From: a virus
Length of the DNA stretch: 64,000 bases
Reading direction: 5' to 3' (one strand)
IMG/VR virus record: IMGVR_UViG_3300037549_000096
In this document: piece by piece, positions 38,809 through 49,741 of the stretch
Layout of the letters: the number at the start of each line of letters is the position of its first letter
Position numbering within the stretch: the stretch's first letter is position 1
The notes under the pieces: generated by a model
The model's input: the letters and a program-made list of their open reading frames with translations, nothing else
What the model was told of the DNA's origin: nothing
The model's database searches: none
Program-made: the position numbers and the translations under genes

Positions 38809-40007
38809 TCATTTTGCTCCTCATTATCATCTTCATTATCCTCAAGGTCATAAAAACCGGTTTTTGTCGATGATTTCTCAACTAAGTATTTTGTTTGTGG
38901 GATATTAGTTCCCTTAATTAACTTAAGAAAATTAGCTTTAGTCATTTTTAAAGCATCAAAAATCTTACCAGGAGGAACTTTAGCTTCTTCTAAATCCATT
39001 ACAACATGGAAAATATCTGTAACAGATTCTTTCTTTGTATCCTGAATACCAAAACCTTCAGTTTTAGAAATTTCAATATTTTTACCATGATCTAAATAAA
39101 CTTCAAGACTTTCTTTTACTTGCTTCATTTTAAGTTGTAAAGCTTTATATTGTCGTGCAGCTTCTAATGCTGTAATTTCATCTGTAATAATAACATCTTC
39201 AGTAAGAGCATTGCGAACTGATGGACAAATCCCTCTAATTTCGCAAAGTTGACAAAATCCACTTGGTCTAGCTTCACGATCATTAGGATCGTTAACAACT
39301 TCGTGATATTCAGCGATATCAGCTACAAGTTGTTGACGTAATCTATCATAATCGTCTTCTCTTGTTAAAATAATAGGTTCGGTAAGAACGCCATATCTTG
39401 CAAATTCAAAATAAAACTTAATTACTTGAACTTTTGGATATGCTTGGAAAATTAAGAATGGATAATAGTCTTTTTGCAGTTTATATTTCATAACTGTTTG
39501 ACTATAAATCTTACGAGAAGTTTTATAATCATAGACATTAGCAGTTAATTCATCTGTTTCAATCATGTAGTAATCAATTGCGCTAGAGAAATAAGCTTCT
39601 TCACCATTCTCGGGAGGATCAATAACATTTAATCCTTCATCAAGATAAAACCTTCTTTCAATACACGCAATATGAGCATCTAATAAGATGCTATAATTTA
39701 TAAATTCCTTACAGTCCTTCAAGATATCAATTGTTTCCTGATATACTTCGATAGGAACTGAAGCTGCATATTTATAAATAATTGATTCCCAATACTCAAA
39801 GTCTGTAGCACTTCTCTGTGCTAAACAATGAGTACCATAATCTTCAAGAGCATCATGAACCGCTGATCCACGTAATGCAGAACTAGCGATATACCCTTTA
39901 AATTTATCACGATAAACTTTTTGTACACTAAAAGGACAACGTTTGACAGCCTCTAATGCTGAGGTTCTACAGCCACGATAATTGGAATTATTAACATCTG
40001 TCACCAT
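38805..40007 (-). CDS. Cas4/AddB-like PD-(D/E)XK exonuclease, probably Fe-S
   Basis: RCP, GSAVHDALE, IERRF, AID, YDYKTS, and C-terminal CxxC-x5-CP. Confidence 0.85.
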   Translation of the reverse strand: MVTDVNNSNYRGCRTSALEAVKRCPFSVQKVYRDKFKGYIASSALRGSAVHDALEDYGTHCLAQRSATDFEYWESIIYKYAASVPIEVYQETIDILKDCKEFINYSILLDAHIACIERRFYLDEGLNVIDPPENGEEAYFSSAIDYYMIETDELTANVYDYKTSRKIYSQTVMKYKLQKDYYPFLIFQAYPKVQVIKFYFEFARYGVLTEPIILTREDDYDRLRQQLVADIAEYHEVVNDPNDREARPSGFCQLCEIRGICPSVRNALTEDVIITDEITALEAARQYKALQLKMKQVKESLEVYLDHGKNIEISKTEGFGIQDTKKESVTDIFHVVMDLEEAKVPPGKIFDALKMTKANFLKLIKGTNIPQTKYLVEKSSTKTGFYDLEDNEDDNEEQNE

Positions 40008-40950
40008 ATGTATCCACTAGGTTAACTAACGGGATTGACAAGTCGCAATAACCTAAAAAGTCTGTTATTACGACAACTGGATCATTTTCATCAGGATTAT
40101 CGTCAGTAGTAGCTATTGATATCTTAGAACGAAATGGGTCCAAAATATTATGATGTATCTTTTTAAAATTCTTTAAAAAAGTTAAAATACCAAAATCAGG
40201 CGAATCTATCTCATAACATACAAGTAAATCATGAAGTTTCCAATCGCTTAACTCCTTGGCGGCACGTTCTTGAATATAAAGAGAATCACATCTTGTACCC
40301 ATATCATGAGCCATTTTTAAATGTTCAGATCCATGTAATCTAATCCATACGGTTTTTTGTTTTTCGTAAAGACCTTCACCATATGAAATATTATCAGGAA
40401 AAATATCATGTAATCTGGATTGAAATTTTAATTTTCTGAATCCATTTCCATTTATTTTTGCTACTTCTCTATCGGATTCTCTCTTTAATTTTTGCGCTTC
40501 AGCTTCTACTTCTTCTAAAAATAATCGTTTCTTTTCTTCGGTATCTTCTACCTCTGAGTCATCAATTTCTGGTTCTTCTTCTATCTCTTGTGCTTCATTT
40601 TCTATAATAGTTTCTTCTACAATAGAAGTTTCTTCTACAATAATATCTTTACTTTCAATATGTTCTTCAATAGTTAGTTTTTCAATAATTATTTCAGTAG
40701 ATTCTTCCTCTTCTTCTATTACTGTATTTTCAGAAGAAATAGGTTTTATCGACTCTGTAACTACTATCGAAACTGCTGTATACCGATTTTTAGTCTTATC
40801 TAAGCGTAACCCGTTAAATTGTTCTGGTAATCCTTTATAAGTTCTACCCTCTAATGTAAAATTAGAAAGAGCCGATATATTATTCGGCTCTTTCATTACT
40901 ACTACAGGAAATTTTTTACCGCTGACTTGGACAGCAAACTTCATGATCAC
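39991..40950 (-). CDS. Hypothetical protein with a long acidic central linker
   Basis: Glu/Ile-rich IIVEETSIVEETIIE repeats. Confidence 0.7.
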   Translation of the reverse strand: MIMKFAVQVSGKKFPVVVMKEPNNISALSNFTLEGRTYKGLPEQFNGLRLDKTKNRYTAVSIVVTESIKPISSENTVIEEEEESTEIIIEKLTIEEHIESKDIIVEETSIVEETIIENEAQEIEEEPEIDDSEVEDTEEKKRLFLEEVEAEAQKLKRESDREVAKINGNGFRKLKFQSRLHDIFPDNISYGEGLYEKQKTVWIRLHGSEHLKMAHDMGTRCDSLYIQERAAKELSDWKLHDLLVCYEIDSPDFGILTFLKNFKKIHHNILDPFRSKISIATTDDNPDENDPVVVITDFLGYCDLSIPLVNLVDTYGDRC

Positions 40951-40952
40951 TC

Positions 40953-41915
40953 CTAAAAGAGATCGTCGTCAGCCACTGGAACGGTAGAAGCTCTTTCGGT
41001 AGATGGTTCTGAAGTTTTGGGCTTATCTGATTGTGTTTCTACAGACGCCTGTGTACTTGTAACACTTTCTACTGAAGGAGTGTCTTCGTTTTCGTCACCT
41101 TCAGACAGTGGGATGGAAAGTTCATTAGAAAGTTCACTCACAATTGTTTTATCAGCGATATTGCCTCTGATACGTGCCAATTCCTGAATCTCTTTAAAAT
41201 CACCATACACCGTCCCTGTCCCTAATGCAAGCTCTCTCATAGAACAAGGCATTTTAACCTGGACAACGGGCACATTTTGCTTTTGTTTACCACCTTTGCC
41301 ATCGGGAACCATTTGAGATTCCATTTGTATACTTAACAAAACTTCTAAACCCCTTAAAGAGCCTCGTATATTAAACATCATTTCAAATGCTTTTTGCATT
41401 TTACTAATACTACCCCAAGCATTTGTTCTAAACTTCCATACGCCACCAACTACGGGAGCATCAAGAATAAACACGGATAAGATACCATTTGGTCTACAAG
41501 TAGTTTTATAAGGATCATTATTTACTAAACGAAACTTACAATGTTCATAATCACAAGGTACTTCGATTAAAGAACCATTTTGTTGTTTACGAACTGCTGT
41601 AATTCCATTTTCAGATTTACAAGACCATTCTTTTTTACCTTTCCAATCAGCAAAAGAAGTAAAAAATACTTCATCTGGATGATGAAAAGGTAAAACTACT
41701 TTAATAGATTTAGGTTTAGCCCCATAAATCTTTTCCATAGCTTCAGTCATAGGAATATGAATGGGAGCAGAATCCGTTTTAGGGTCTACTTGATGTGTAA
41801 ATAAGAAAGAATCTAATTTAACTGGAAAACCGTTTGGGCCTTTCTTACCAATTGCGATTCTTCCATCAGTCGGCGGTAGAAGAGTTTTACCTGATTTATC
41901 TAGATTTAAACCCAT
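40953..41915 (-). CDS. Gp3-like (recombination directionality factor-like) protein
   Basis: GRIAIGKK..GFPVKLDSF, four conserved Cys, GGVWKFRT..W.S, and an SSB-like acidic tail DDDLF. Confidence 0.65.
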   Translation of the reverse strand: MGLNLDKSGKTLLPPTDGRIAIGKKGPNGFPVKLDSFLFTHQVDPKTDSAPIHIPMTEAMEKIYGAKPKSIKVVLPFHHPDEVFFTSFADWKGKKEWSCKSENGITAVRKQQNGSLIEVPCDYEHCKFRLVNNDPYKTTCRPNGILSVFILDAPVVGGVWKFRTNAWGSISKMQKAFEMMFNIRGSLRGLEVLLSIQMESQMVPDGKGGKQKQNVPVVQVKMPCSMRELALGTGTVYGDFKEIQELARIRGNIADKTIVSELSNELSIPLSEGDENEDTPSVESVTSTQASVETQSDKPKTSEPSTERASTVPVADDDLF

Positions 41916-42120
41916 TATGAATTCTCCTTTTTCTTAAAGAAAATAGTGATACGATCAATCAATGGCATTAAATGATATTTACCTTTTTCATCTTCATGTT
42001 TACCATGTTCTGAATATACTTTATGAGGAACATTTTCGTCATCTAAATATTCATGTAACTCTTTAGCTTCTCCAACAAAAGTAATATCGTCCCAATGTTT
42101 ACGAGCTTCTAATGATACAC

Positions 42121-43797
42121 TCATTGTTTAGCCTTTCTAAAATAACCAATATAAGAAGCAAGAGAAGATTGACGACCTTTATCCATATTATCGATAGCAT
42201 CACATAAAATATCTTCATTTTCAGCTACGATTAATATTTGTTTCTTAGCTCTTGTTAAACCCGTATAAAGTAAATTACGAGTTGTAATTCTAGATTTATT
42301 TAAAAAGAACACGACCTTATCAAATTCACTTCCCTGGGACTTATGAACAGTAAACGCATATGCTAAACTAACCATCCAATGCATAGGTTTAGTATAATAA
42401 ACTTCTCGCATATCCGAGTATTCTGCAATAAATTCACCAGTTTTAAATACTTTTCTAATAATCCCTGTATCACCATTCATGACATTATTTTGTTTATCAT
42501 TCTTCAAATGAAGAATTCTATCTTTATCTCTAAATCTGCCCATACCTGGATTAACAATATCTTGGACAATAGGATTGATAATTTCTGAACCGTACTCTTT
42601 AAGAACGGTTAGAAATTGAGCATCTTTCCATTTGTCTGAATTTGCTATTTTCTTAATCAATTCTTCTACATTCATATTACCGTAGAAATAAGTTTGAACT
42701 TCTTTATCTTCACCTTTTACTAATTCTTTACCATTTGCAATAGCGTGTGCAGATTGAATAATTGACCCAGGTTGTTGACGTTTAATTTCTTTTAGATGAC
42801 AATGAATACCAATACCACTATCTACAATTTGTTTAAGAACTTCACCTGCACCAACTGAAGGTAATTGGCAAGGATCACCTACAATTAAAAGCTTACATGT
42901 TGTTTTATCGATAGCAATTGCAAGTTTACCTGCAATTTCAATATCCATCATGGAAGCTTCATCTACAATAACTAATTTACCTTCCAAAGTCCCGTTACCT
43001 TCAAGTTTATATCCTTCATAGGTGTCAGTAAAATATAAGATGGAATGGAGTGTTCTGGCTTCCATTCCACATAATTCGGTAATTCTTTTTGCCGCCTTGC
43101 CTGTAGGAGCGCAAAGTATGATATTTTCTTCACCGTATATTTGAGAGATAACAGAAACAGTTCTAGTTTTGCCCGTTCCTGGTAGTCCTGTAAGAATGAC
43201 AAGATTTGATTTCTGTAAAGCATGAACAGCTTCCTTTTGTTCATCTGCTAATTGATCAAATGCCGGATGAGATACACAAACATTATCAAAATAAGCCATA
43301 CCAGCGGCATCTATATCAACTAACATTTGAGCTAAATACCTTTCGGCATAAATCAAACGTATTGGATAGATTTTACCACCCTTGGTTATAACTATTTTCT
43401 TTTTATCTTGTAATTCAGTTTGTACTTCAATGAGTTCATCCACAGGAAACTCATTAAGTTTTAAATTAGGCATTAATTGATAATCTCTAGCATAACAATG
43501 ACCATAATCTATAACGTGTTCAAGAGCCGCTAAATAAACGGCTTTATGTCTACGTTTATCAAATGGTATTTCACAATGTTTAGCTACTTTATCCGCTACT
43601 GCTACCGTAAAACCTTTATCTTTAGAATACCAAAACCACGGATCTAATTTCATGGTTTTATCCATTTCAATTAGATCCGCGATATTGAAGTTATCTAATA
43701 CATAAGGCGATACTAAAAATTTTTCGTTAATAGTATCAATGTAAGCTTGTTTTTCGGGAGAAATAGTCGTTTCTTTATTTCCAAATAAATCTGCCAT
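42121..43797 (-). CDS. RecD-like SF1B helicase
   Basis: GLPGTGKT, APTGKAAKR, VDEASM, VGDPCQLPSVGAG, AYAFTVHKSQGSEF, LYTGLTRAK. Confidence 0.95.
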   Translation of the reverse strand: MADLFGNKETTISPEKQAYIDTINEKFLVSPYVLDNFNIADLIEMDKTMKLDPWFWYSKDKGFTVAVADKVAKHCEIPFDKRRHKAVYLAALEHVIDYGHCYARDYQLMPNLKLNEFPVDELIEVQTELQDKKKIVITKGGKIYPIRLIYAERYLAQMLVDIDAAGMAYFDNVCVSHPAFDQLADEQKEAVHALQKSNLVILTGLPGTGKTRTVSVISQIYGEENIILCAPTGKAAKRITELCGMEARTLHSILYFTDTYEGYKLEGNGTLEGKLVIVDEASMMDIEIAGKLAIAIDKTTCKLLIVGDPCQLPSVGAGEVLKQIVDSGIGIHCHLKEIKRQQPGSIIQSAHAIANGKELVKGEDKEVQTYFYGNMNVEELIKKIANSDKWKDAQFLTVLKEYGSEIINPIVQDIVNPGMGRFRDKDRILHLKNDKQNNVMNGDTGIIRKVFKTGEFIAEYSDMREVYYTKPMHWMVSLAYAFTVHKSQGSEFDKVVFFLNKSRITTRNLLYTGLTRAKKQILIVAENEDILCDAIDNMDKGRQSSLASYIGYFRKAKQ

Positions 43798-44673
43798 CTT
43801 TATACTTCAAAAAAAGTAGATTCACCATCTTGAAGTGAAGCGATTTTTTCAAAACCTGAATAAGCTCCATCTTTAATGGGATGACTAAATCTTCCATCAT
43901 AAGGAACTTCAATATTAGATCCAGGTAAAATCATTACAATCTTACCATCTGTTACTCGCTTTTTAACTTCAGCTTCGCTATTACCACGTTTTTCTAGCGT
44001 CATGATTAACTCCTAATTAAATAAATCGTGACAAAAATTCCAAATCTGGATATCTGATTTAGACAACCATTCACTATCACCATTAATTTGATAACCAATA
44101 CAAATTAAATTTGTAATAGTATGACCAATTAAAATTCTATCTATAATAAGTTGTTTAGTTTTAAGTGGTTCATTTATATCAAATAAATTAACTTTTTTAG
44201 TTTCTGTAATCACATTATGAACTTCAGAACAAATTAAACTATTATCTAAAGATGAGTAATAATTACAACCATCAGTTAATATTTCAGCTAAATCATTATT
44301 TCTAAAAATTTTACGATCTTTATTCATGAACGACATAATTAAAAATCCTTTAATAAATCCCTTAACTTACTTTCGATAAATTCAGGAGGCTTTTTACTTG
44401 AAGTTGCAAAAATTCTAACAATAGTCTCACAATTACCTTCTTCGAGAAGTTTAAGAATAATCTTTTCTTTAAAAGACTCTTTATCTTCTCCTGGTTCTTC
44501 ATATGGAGGTAATGAAGCTAGAGCAGCATTGCAATGAACGCAATGCCACTCTAATCTTGGAGAACCATCTATCTCTACTGGTTTAGGTCCAAAGATCCAG
44601 TTTTTACAGTAACGACAGATAATCCCCGTTCTACCATTACTATCTTTTACAGGAACTTCATCAACGACAAACA

Positions 44674-46359
44674 TTAAACCTCCGTTGGTACGCCTAACTT
44701 CATGCGAATTAGTTTAACTCCTGGAATTGATTTTAAGTAATCGTATTGATCTGTATGATGTTCAACTAAAGTACCAAATAATTGAATACCATTTACATTA
44801 TCTGAATAGCTTTTAACAAATTGTTCTAAGACTTTTTTATCTAAAATTTCAAGCCTATCGGTCAAAAGTAGCCTAGATTTAGGATACAGGTTTTTCATAA
44901 TAGCGCAAGCGGCACGTAGCTGGGTAGAAGTTGATTCCTCAGATAATGGAACGTCATTAAAATAAATCCCATCATCTTTTACATCAATGCCGTTAATTTC
45001 TAACTTGGCTCGTTTAGTTAATTCTACATCGATAAAATTACGCAGCTTTTTTACTAGATCATCTAATTGTCGCTGACGTTTTACCTTTTCTTCGATATCT
45101 CCTAATGCAGCTAATTCTTTAGCCATTTTAGCTGTAGACAATTCTTTTTGTTTTTGCTCTAATTCAATTTTAGTAGCTTCATCATTTTCAAGAGCTTCAT
45201 CGGAAATGTTAAGATTATCAATCATGGCCTTAGTTCTATCACGTTCAACTCTTTTAGTGGTAATAGTTTTCTTAATTTCAATTAATTTAGTAATACCATC
45301 TATTTGTTCACTTAATGCTAGATTTTGATTATGGAACGTTTTAAGACTTTCTCCCATATCATGAAGCTCAGTCTTCATACTTTCTTTAACACTTGTCATA
45401 TCTGTATTGCAAGCGATTTTAAGACTAATAGGACAAACTGGATATGGACCCGTTTCAAGAGCATCTAACGTTTTCTTTAATGTATTATAAGAACCACGTA
45501 ATTCAGATTCTTGTGCTGAAAGCTTAATAAAATTTTGCTTTAAAGCTGCTATGTTTTCTTCAGCCTGACCGTCCTTGTCTTTCATTGATTCTTCGGCAAC
45601 TAGAATCTCTGCCTCAAGTGTATTAAGCTGATCTTGAAGTTTCTGCTGAGTAACCAAATTGCCTTTTGCTGCATTAATTCTCGCATTCTTTTTGATTTGT
45701 TCATTTAATCGAGAATTAAGTTCAGAAGTTTGAAGCTCTAATCTTTCGATAAAAGCTTGATCTGGAATGAAGTCTAATTTAGCACTCGACATTTTTTGTT
45801 TAATAACATCTATTTGTCTGTTAATTTCAGTACGATCAGAATAATATTTTTTATAAGTATCTTCACATAATGTTCTAGCGTCTTTAGTTACTCTAGAACC
45901 ATCTTGTTCATATAAAACTACACCTAAATCTTCAGCTTCTTTATCAGTAAGAATCATCTTACTGGCCAAAGCTTCACGAATAACTTTAGATTGTAATTTA
46001 GGATCTAGAAAAATAAAATTAATAGGATCAAAACAAAATTCACTAAAATTAGATAAAGCAATACTGGAATCAACTACGCTACCATCCTGTTTCTTGGTAA
46101 CGATAATTCTATCCTTTTTAGAACCTCTTACTAAAACACGATCAAAAGTAGCTTTTTCAGTATCGGCTACAACTCTTGTTTCATTCTTACCATTTTTTAC
46201 ATAAAATGGTTTATTACCTCCGATTAAACACCATGCAATAGATTTAAGCATGGAAGTTTTACCTTGTCTATTATCTCCAATAAAAAAAGTAATTTTATCA
46301 CACTTTACTTCTGCTTTTTCGATACCTTTAAAATCAGAAACCTTCAGGTTCACGATCAT
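44674..46359 (-). CDS. SbcC/Rad50-like coiled-coil ATPase
   Basis: Walker A GDNRQGKT, long coiled coil with central CP..C hook, degenerate signature, Walker B LLTD. Confidence 0.8.
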   Translation of the reverse strand: MIVNLKVSDFKGIEKAEVKCDKITFFIGDNRQGKTSMLKSIAWCLIGGNKPFYVKNGKNETRVVADTEKATFDRVLVRGSKKDRIIVTKKQDGSVVDSSIALSNFSEFCFDPINFIFLDPKLQSKVIREALASKMILTDKEAEDLGVVLYEQDGSRVTKDARTLCEDTYKKYYSDRTEINRQIDVIKQKMSSAKLDFIPDQAFIERLELQTSELNSRLNEQIKKNARINAAKGNLVTQQKLQDQLNTLEAEILVAEESMKDKDGQAEENIAALKQNFIKLSAQESELRGSYNTLKKTLDALETGPYPVCPISLKIACNTDMTSVKESMKTELHDMGESLKTFHNQNLALSEQIDGITKLIEIKKTITTKRVERDRTKAMIDNLNISDEALENDEATKIELEQKQKELSTAKMAKELAALGDIEEKVKRQRQLDDLVKKLRNFIDVELTKRAKLEINGIDVKDDGIYFNDVPLSEESTSTQLRAACAIMKNLYPKSRLLLTDRLEILDKKVLEQFVKSYSDNVNGIQLFGTLVEHHTDQYDYLKSIPGVKLIRMKLGVPTEV

Positions 46360-49300
46360 CTGTATTTCCTTCCATGTTTAACGTTTTAGCAGGAACGATA
46401 ATAGCTCTACTAGTTTTTGTTTTACCGCTACCAATACTTTGAAAATCAGGAATACGGGTAGATTGAATATTACCTTTTTCATCTAATAAAGCAAATCCCA
46501 TATCTGCGAATTCTTGTTTTAATGAATCAGCTAGAGTAAAATCAAAATGACGTTTAATCGCTAAAGTCAACAATCTCCAAGATGTGATTGCATACACTAT
46601 AGAACTTTCGTCAGACGGATTTTTTCTATACTTTAAAACAAAGTATTGAGGATTATGTTGTTGACTAAGAACAACCTGTTTAGGTTTATCATTCTGGTCA
46701 TACAACATAGAGGCTACATTAAATGTATTACTGATAATAGCTTCTGAGAAATAAGTTTTAAACTTTTCCATAACTCTTACCTCTGTTGAACGTGCTACTT
46801 GAACCTTTGCTTGAGATTGAATACTTATAAACAATTCCTGAATAGCTTTATCAGCTTCTTCTTTTGTGCAAACCTCTTTATGTTCTAAGAATTTACAGAA
46901 AGAATAAAATCCAGTCAAAATCATTGATAACTGTAAAGCGATACGACCATTATTAGGTTCGTCTTTAATAGTTTTTTCGATAGCTTTATAATAAAACTTA
47001 TAACGTTCAATCAAAGTATCAATATTGTTATGTTGCCACGCGATTAAATAAGGCGTGAAACATTTAAACAAAGGCAACGTTTCGCTTCCATTAACTTCTC
47101 TATAAATATCCTCTGTATTAATAAGTGGAACATAAAAACGTAAATATCTAGCTTCTGCTGATGTTTCTAAATCTTGAGCATATTCAGCGGTCGTAATTAC
47201 GTTTGCGTTGAAATAATTGATATCAACCATTTCAGACTTAGTATTTAAACGACCACGAGTTTTACCATTATAAAGATTATGTACCATATTATTCATAGCT
47301 TCAACTGTATAATCTTTACTAGGTTTGAATTCATCACAAACACAAATACAACTTCCAGTAGCAGCGATAGCAGCTTCTAGATGCTTAGGGGTTTGATTAT
47401 TAAAAGCATTTACTTTATCGTCTGTGGCAAAATCTCCATAAAAATTTTGAATGATTCTAGCTAATGAAGTTTTGTGACTATTAGAATTACCAATAAGAAA
47501 TAAATGTAGTCCATTAACATTATTATCTAATATATGTTTAATAGGAGTACAAAAAGCAAATCCTATTAATCCATCAACTAACGTTCGGTCATGTAACTTC
47601 CTTAACTTATACCACAAAGTATGAGAAATTTTCATTAAAGTTTCTTCGTTACAAGTAGAAAACTTATAATTTACTGATCTAGATAAATCAATATTTAAAA
47701 TTTTGTTCTCTACTACTTTACCATCAATAACTGAGACGTATTTACTTAAATATGTTTTTAATGTTCCGTCTTTAACGAAAAAATTAGGACGTAAAACATT
47801 ACTCATTGTTTCAGTCGCAAAGCTTTTCATGTGAGGACCAGGAGTAGGATAAGATAACTTTTCCTTAACTACTGATAATGTATTTTTGATACAGAAAAAT
47901 ACGTCAGCTTCTCGATCTTTCTTAACAGCGTTGATTAGGCTAATTTCTGCACTATATACATTATTCCAAAACTTTTTATAGTCTACAAGATCTTCGACCT
48001 TAAAAATCACATTTCGTTTTGCTTTCATCTTATGAAATGAAATTTCAGCATAAATTTCAGTTGATTCCCAAGCTACATCTAGATCCTCAGACTTGGATTT
48101 ATTATGACCTTTCATTAATGAGGTCATTTTCATTTGACCACGAATAATGAAATCAGAAATTTGAAGTTTTTCAACAACTCCGTTCTTATCTGTTTCTTCT
48201 TTCCAATAACAATTATTTTTAATATAATAATCTGAATCATTAATTTGCGTAAATACAGCATCGTCTAATTGACGAACCATATCATCATCTACACCAGTTA
48301 AATCTGAGTAGAGATTTTTCAATATTAATTGATCTACATTATTAAATAATCGCTTAGAAAAACGTTCACAAAAACTGAATCGAGCAGAATTTCTTGCGTC
48401 ATCGGCATAATTTAAAACTAATTTTTCAATAGTGCAATATAAGAATTCAGATATATTTTTTCTTAGATTATGTGTTTTAAAAATATCAAAATAAGCCTGT
48501 TTTCGATTATCTAAATTTTCTCTAAGATAATCATCTAAATCATATTTATCTTTTTGATTAGCCCAATAAATAGTTTTAAATTCTAATGGTTTTAAATAAT
48601 TATAAACATCAATAACGTTATCTACGGTAGCTCTATCATTATCTTTTTTATCTGGATCTTTTAATTGAACGTCTGGAAAATAAAATACACGATTTAAAGT
48701 TCCTTCTAATACTTTTAGTTTAGCATTATTCGCTAAAGAACCAGTACAAAATATTTGTTTAACAACTTTAGCTGCTAAATCCTTTTCATTTTCCGTTTGA
48801 CCCCATAAAGCCGCTGCTACTGCTACACGATTCATTTCTCCTTCAGCAATAGCTACGTTTTTATCACTAAGGGCATAATTCAATCCATACATAGCTAATG
48901 CTTGATCGTTAAGAACACTTGTGAAAATGCGTTTCTCATCTTCTAATGTTCTTAATTTAATACCTACTAATGCGCCTTGTCTATTATAAAGAGGAAATAC
49001 AATTGCATTATTTTCTACTTCTGGAAAATGAGTAAAAGACATTTCATCTTTATTATTTTTATCCATATCTAATTCATATTTTTTACATATGGTTTCGACT
49101 ATGGACTTAGCAGGCCACATTCCTATTTCAAGTAAGTCAAAAAACTTTTGATCAAATGGAAGCTTTCTAGTTTCACAATAAGCACGAAGCATGAAAGTTT
49201 GCTTTGCGTCGGCATTATCAAAAAACATAGCATTCATTGTATTGCGGCATACTAAATAAATATCATTTAAAGCTTCTTGACGCTTAGTATAATGTTGAAT

Positions 49301-49660
49301 ATTTTTAAGTAAATTATTAGGAATTGTCTCGCCTACATAATTTGCTAAAAATAAGACCGCATCATAATAACTTTTACAAACTTTGGTAATTAGTAATAAA
49401 TCAATATGATTATATACTTTACCAATTTTGTTGACGTAGTTAGATTGATCACCAAAATCAGTTAAAGTATTATTTCTAGGGAAAAAACAAAGCGAAGGGT
49501 GTTCATCCCTTCGCCATTGAGTCTTAGCGCGTAACCTAGAATTGATATTTTGAAACTGGATACCTGTAATTTTTGTATAAAATCTATCAATCGGAGCTTT
49601 ATCTTTAAGACTATTAATATAACTTGCAGGTATTAAAGAATCACTCTTAGTTTTCGCCAT
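46334..49660 (-). CDS. Primase-helicase (TOPRIM plus C-terminal P-loop domain)
   Basis: IVFPLYN..G.LVG.K.R, IAEGEMN, FPD, KYDLDD, then GNSNSHKTS and VCDEF. Confidence 0.8.
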   Translation of the reverse strand: MAKTKSDSLIPASYINSLKDKAPIDRFYTKITGIQFQNINSRLRAKTQWRRDEHPSLCFFPRNNTLTDFGDQSNYVNKIGKVYNHIDLLLITKVCKSYYDAVLFLANYVGETIPNNLLKNIQHYTKRQEALNDIYLVCRNTMNAMFFDNADAKQTFMLRAYCETRKLPFDQKFFDLLEIGMWPAKSIVETICKKYELDMDKNNKDEMSFTHFPEVENNAIVFPLYNRQGALVGIKLRTLEDEKRIFTSVLNDQALAMYGLNYALSDKNVAIAEGEMNRVAVAAALWGQTENEKDLAAKVVKQIFCTGSLANNAKLKVLEGTLNRVFYFPDVQLKDPDKKDNDRATVDNVIDVYNYLKPLEFKTIYWANQKDKYDLDDYLRENLDNRKQAYFDIFKTHNLRKNISEFLYCTIEKLVLNYADDARNSARFSFCERFSKRLFNNVDQLILKNLYSDLTGVDDDMVRQLDDAVFTQINDSDYYIKNNCYWKEETDKNGVVEKLQISDFIIRGQMKMTSLMKGHNKSKSEDLDVAWESTEIYAEISFHKMKAKRNVIFKVEDLVDYKKFWNNVYSAEISLINAVKKDREADVFFCIKNTLSVVKEKLSYPTPGPHMKSFATETMSNVLRPNFFVKDGTLKTYLSKYVSVIDGKVVENKILNIDLSRSVNYKFSTCNEETLMKISHTLWYKLRKLHDRTLVDGLIGFAFCTPIKHILDNNVNGLHLFLIGNSNSHKTSLARIIQNFYGDFATDDKVNAFNNQTPKHLEAAIAATGSCICVCDEFKPSKDYTVEAMNNMVHNLYNGKTRGRLNTKSEMVDINYFNANVITTAEYAQDLETSAEARYLRFYVPLINTEDIYREVNGSETLPLFKCFTPYLIAWQHNNIDTLIERYKFYYKAIEKTIKDEPNNGRIALQLSMILTGFYSFCKFLEHKEVCTKEEADKAIQELFISIQSQAKVQVARSTEVRVMEKFKTYFSEAIISNTFNVASMLYDQNDKPKQVVLSQQHNPQYFVLKYRKNPSDESSIVYAITSWRLLTLAIKRHFDFTLADSLKQEFADMGFALLDEKGNIQSTRIPDFQSIGSGKTKTSRAIIVPAKTLNMEGNTDDREPEGF

Positions 49661-49684
49661 CTATACTCCATTTGAACAAACCTC

Positions 49685-49713
49685 ACTATAACACATAATG
49701 TATACAAAATCAA
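49685..49713 (-). promoter_or_regulatory. Sigma70/sigmaA-type promoter
   Basis: TTGATT-17 bp-TATAGT with extended TG. Confidence 0.7.
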
Positions 49714-49741
49714 ATGAAATTTATTTTAAGAGTGATCATTG

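Noticed and set aside
38805-40007. Cas4-like gene as a sign of CRISPR-Cas
   Set aside because: No repeat-spacer array or other cas genes seen. Solo Cas4-like exonucleases are common in phage recombination modules.
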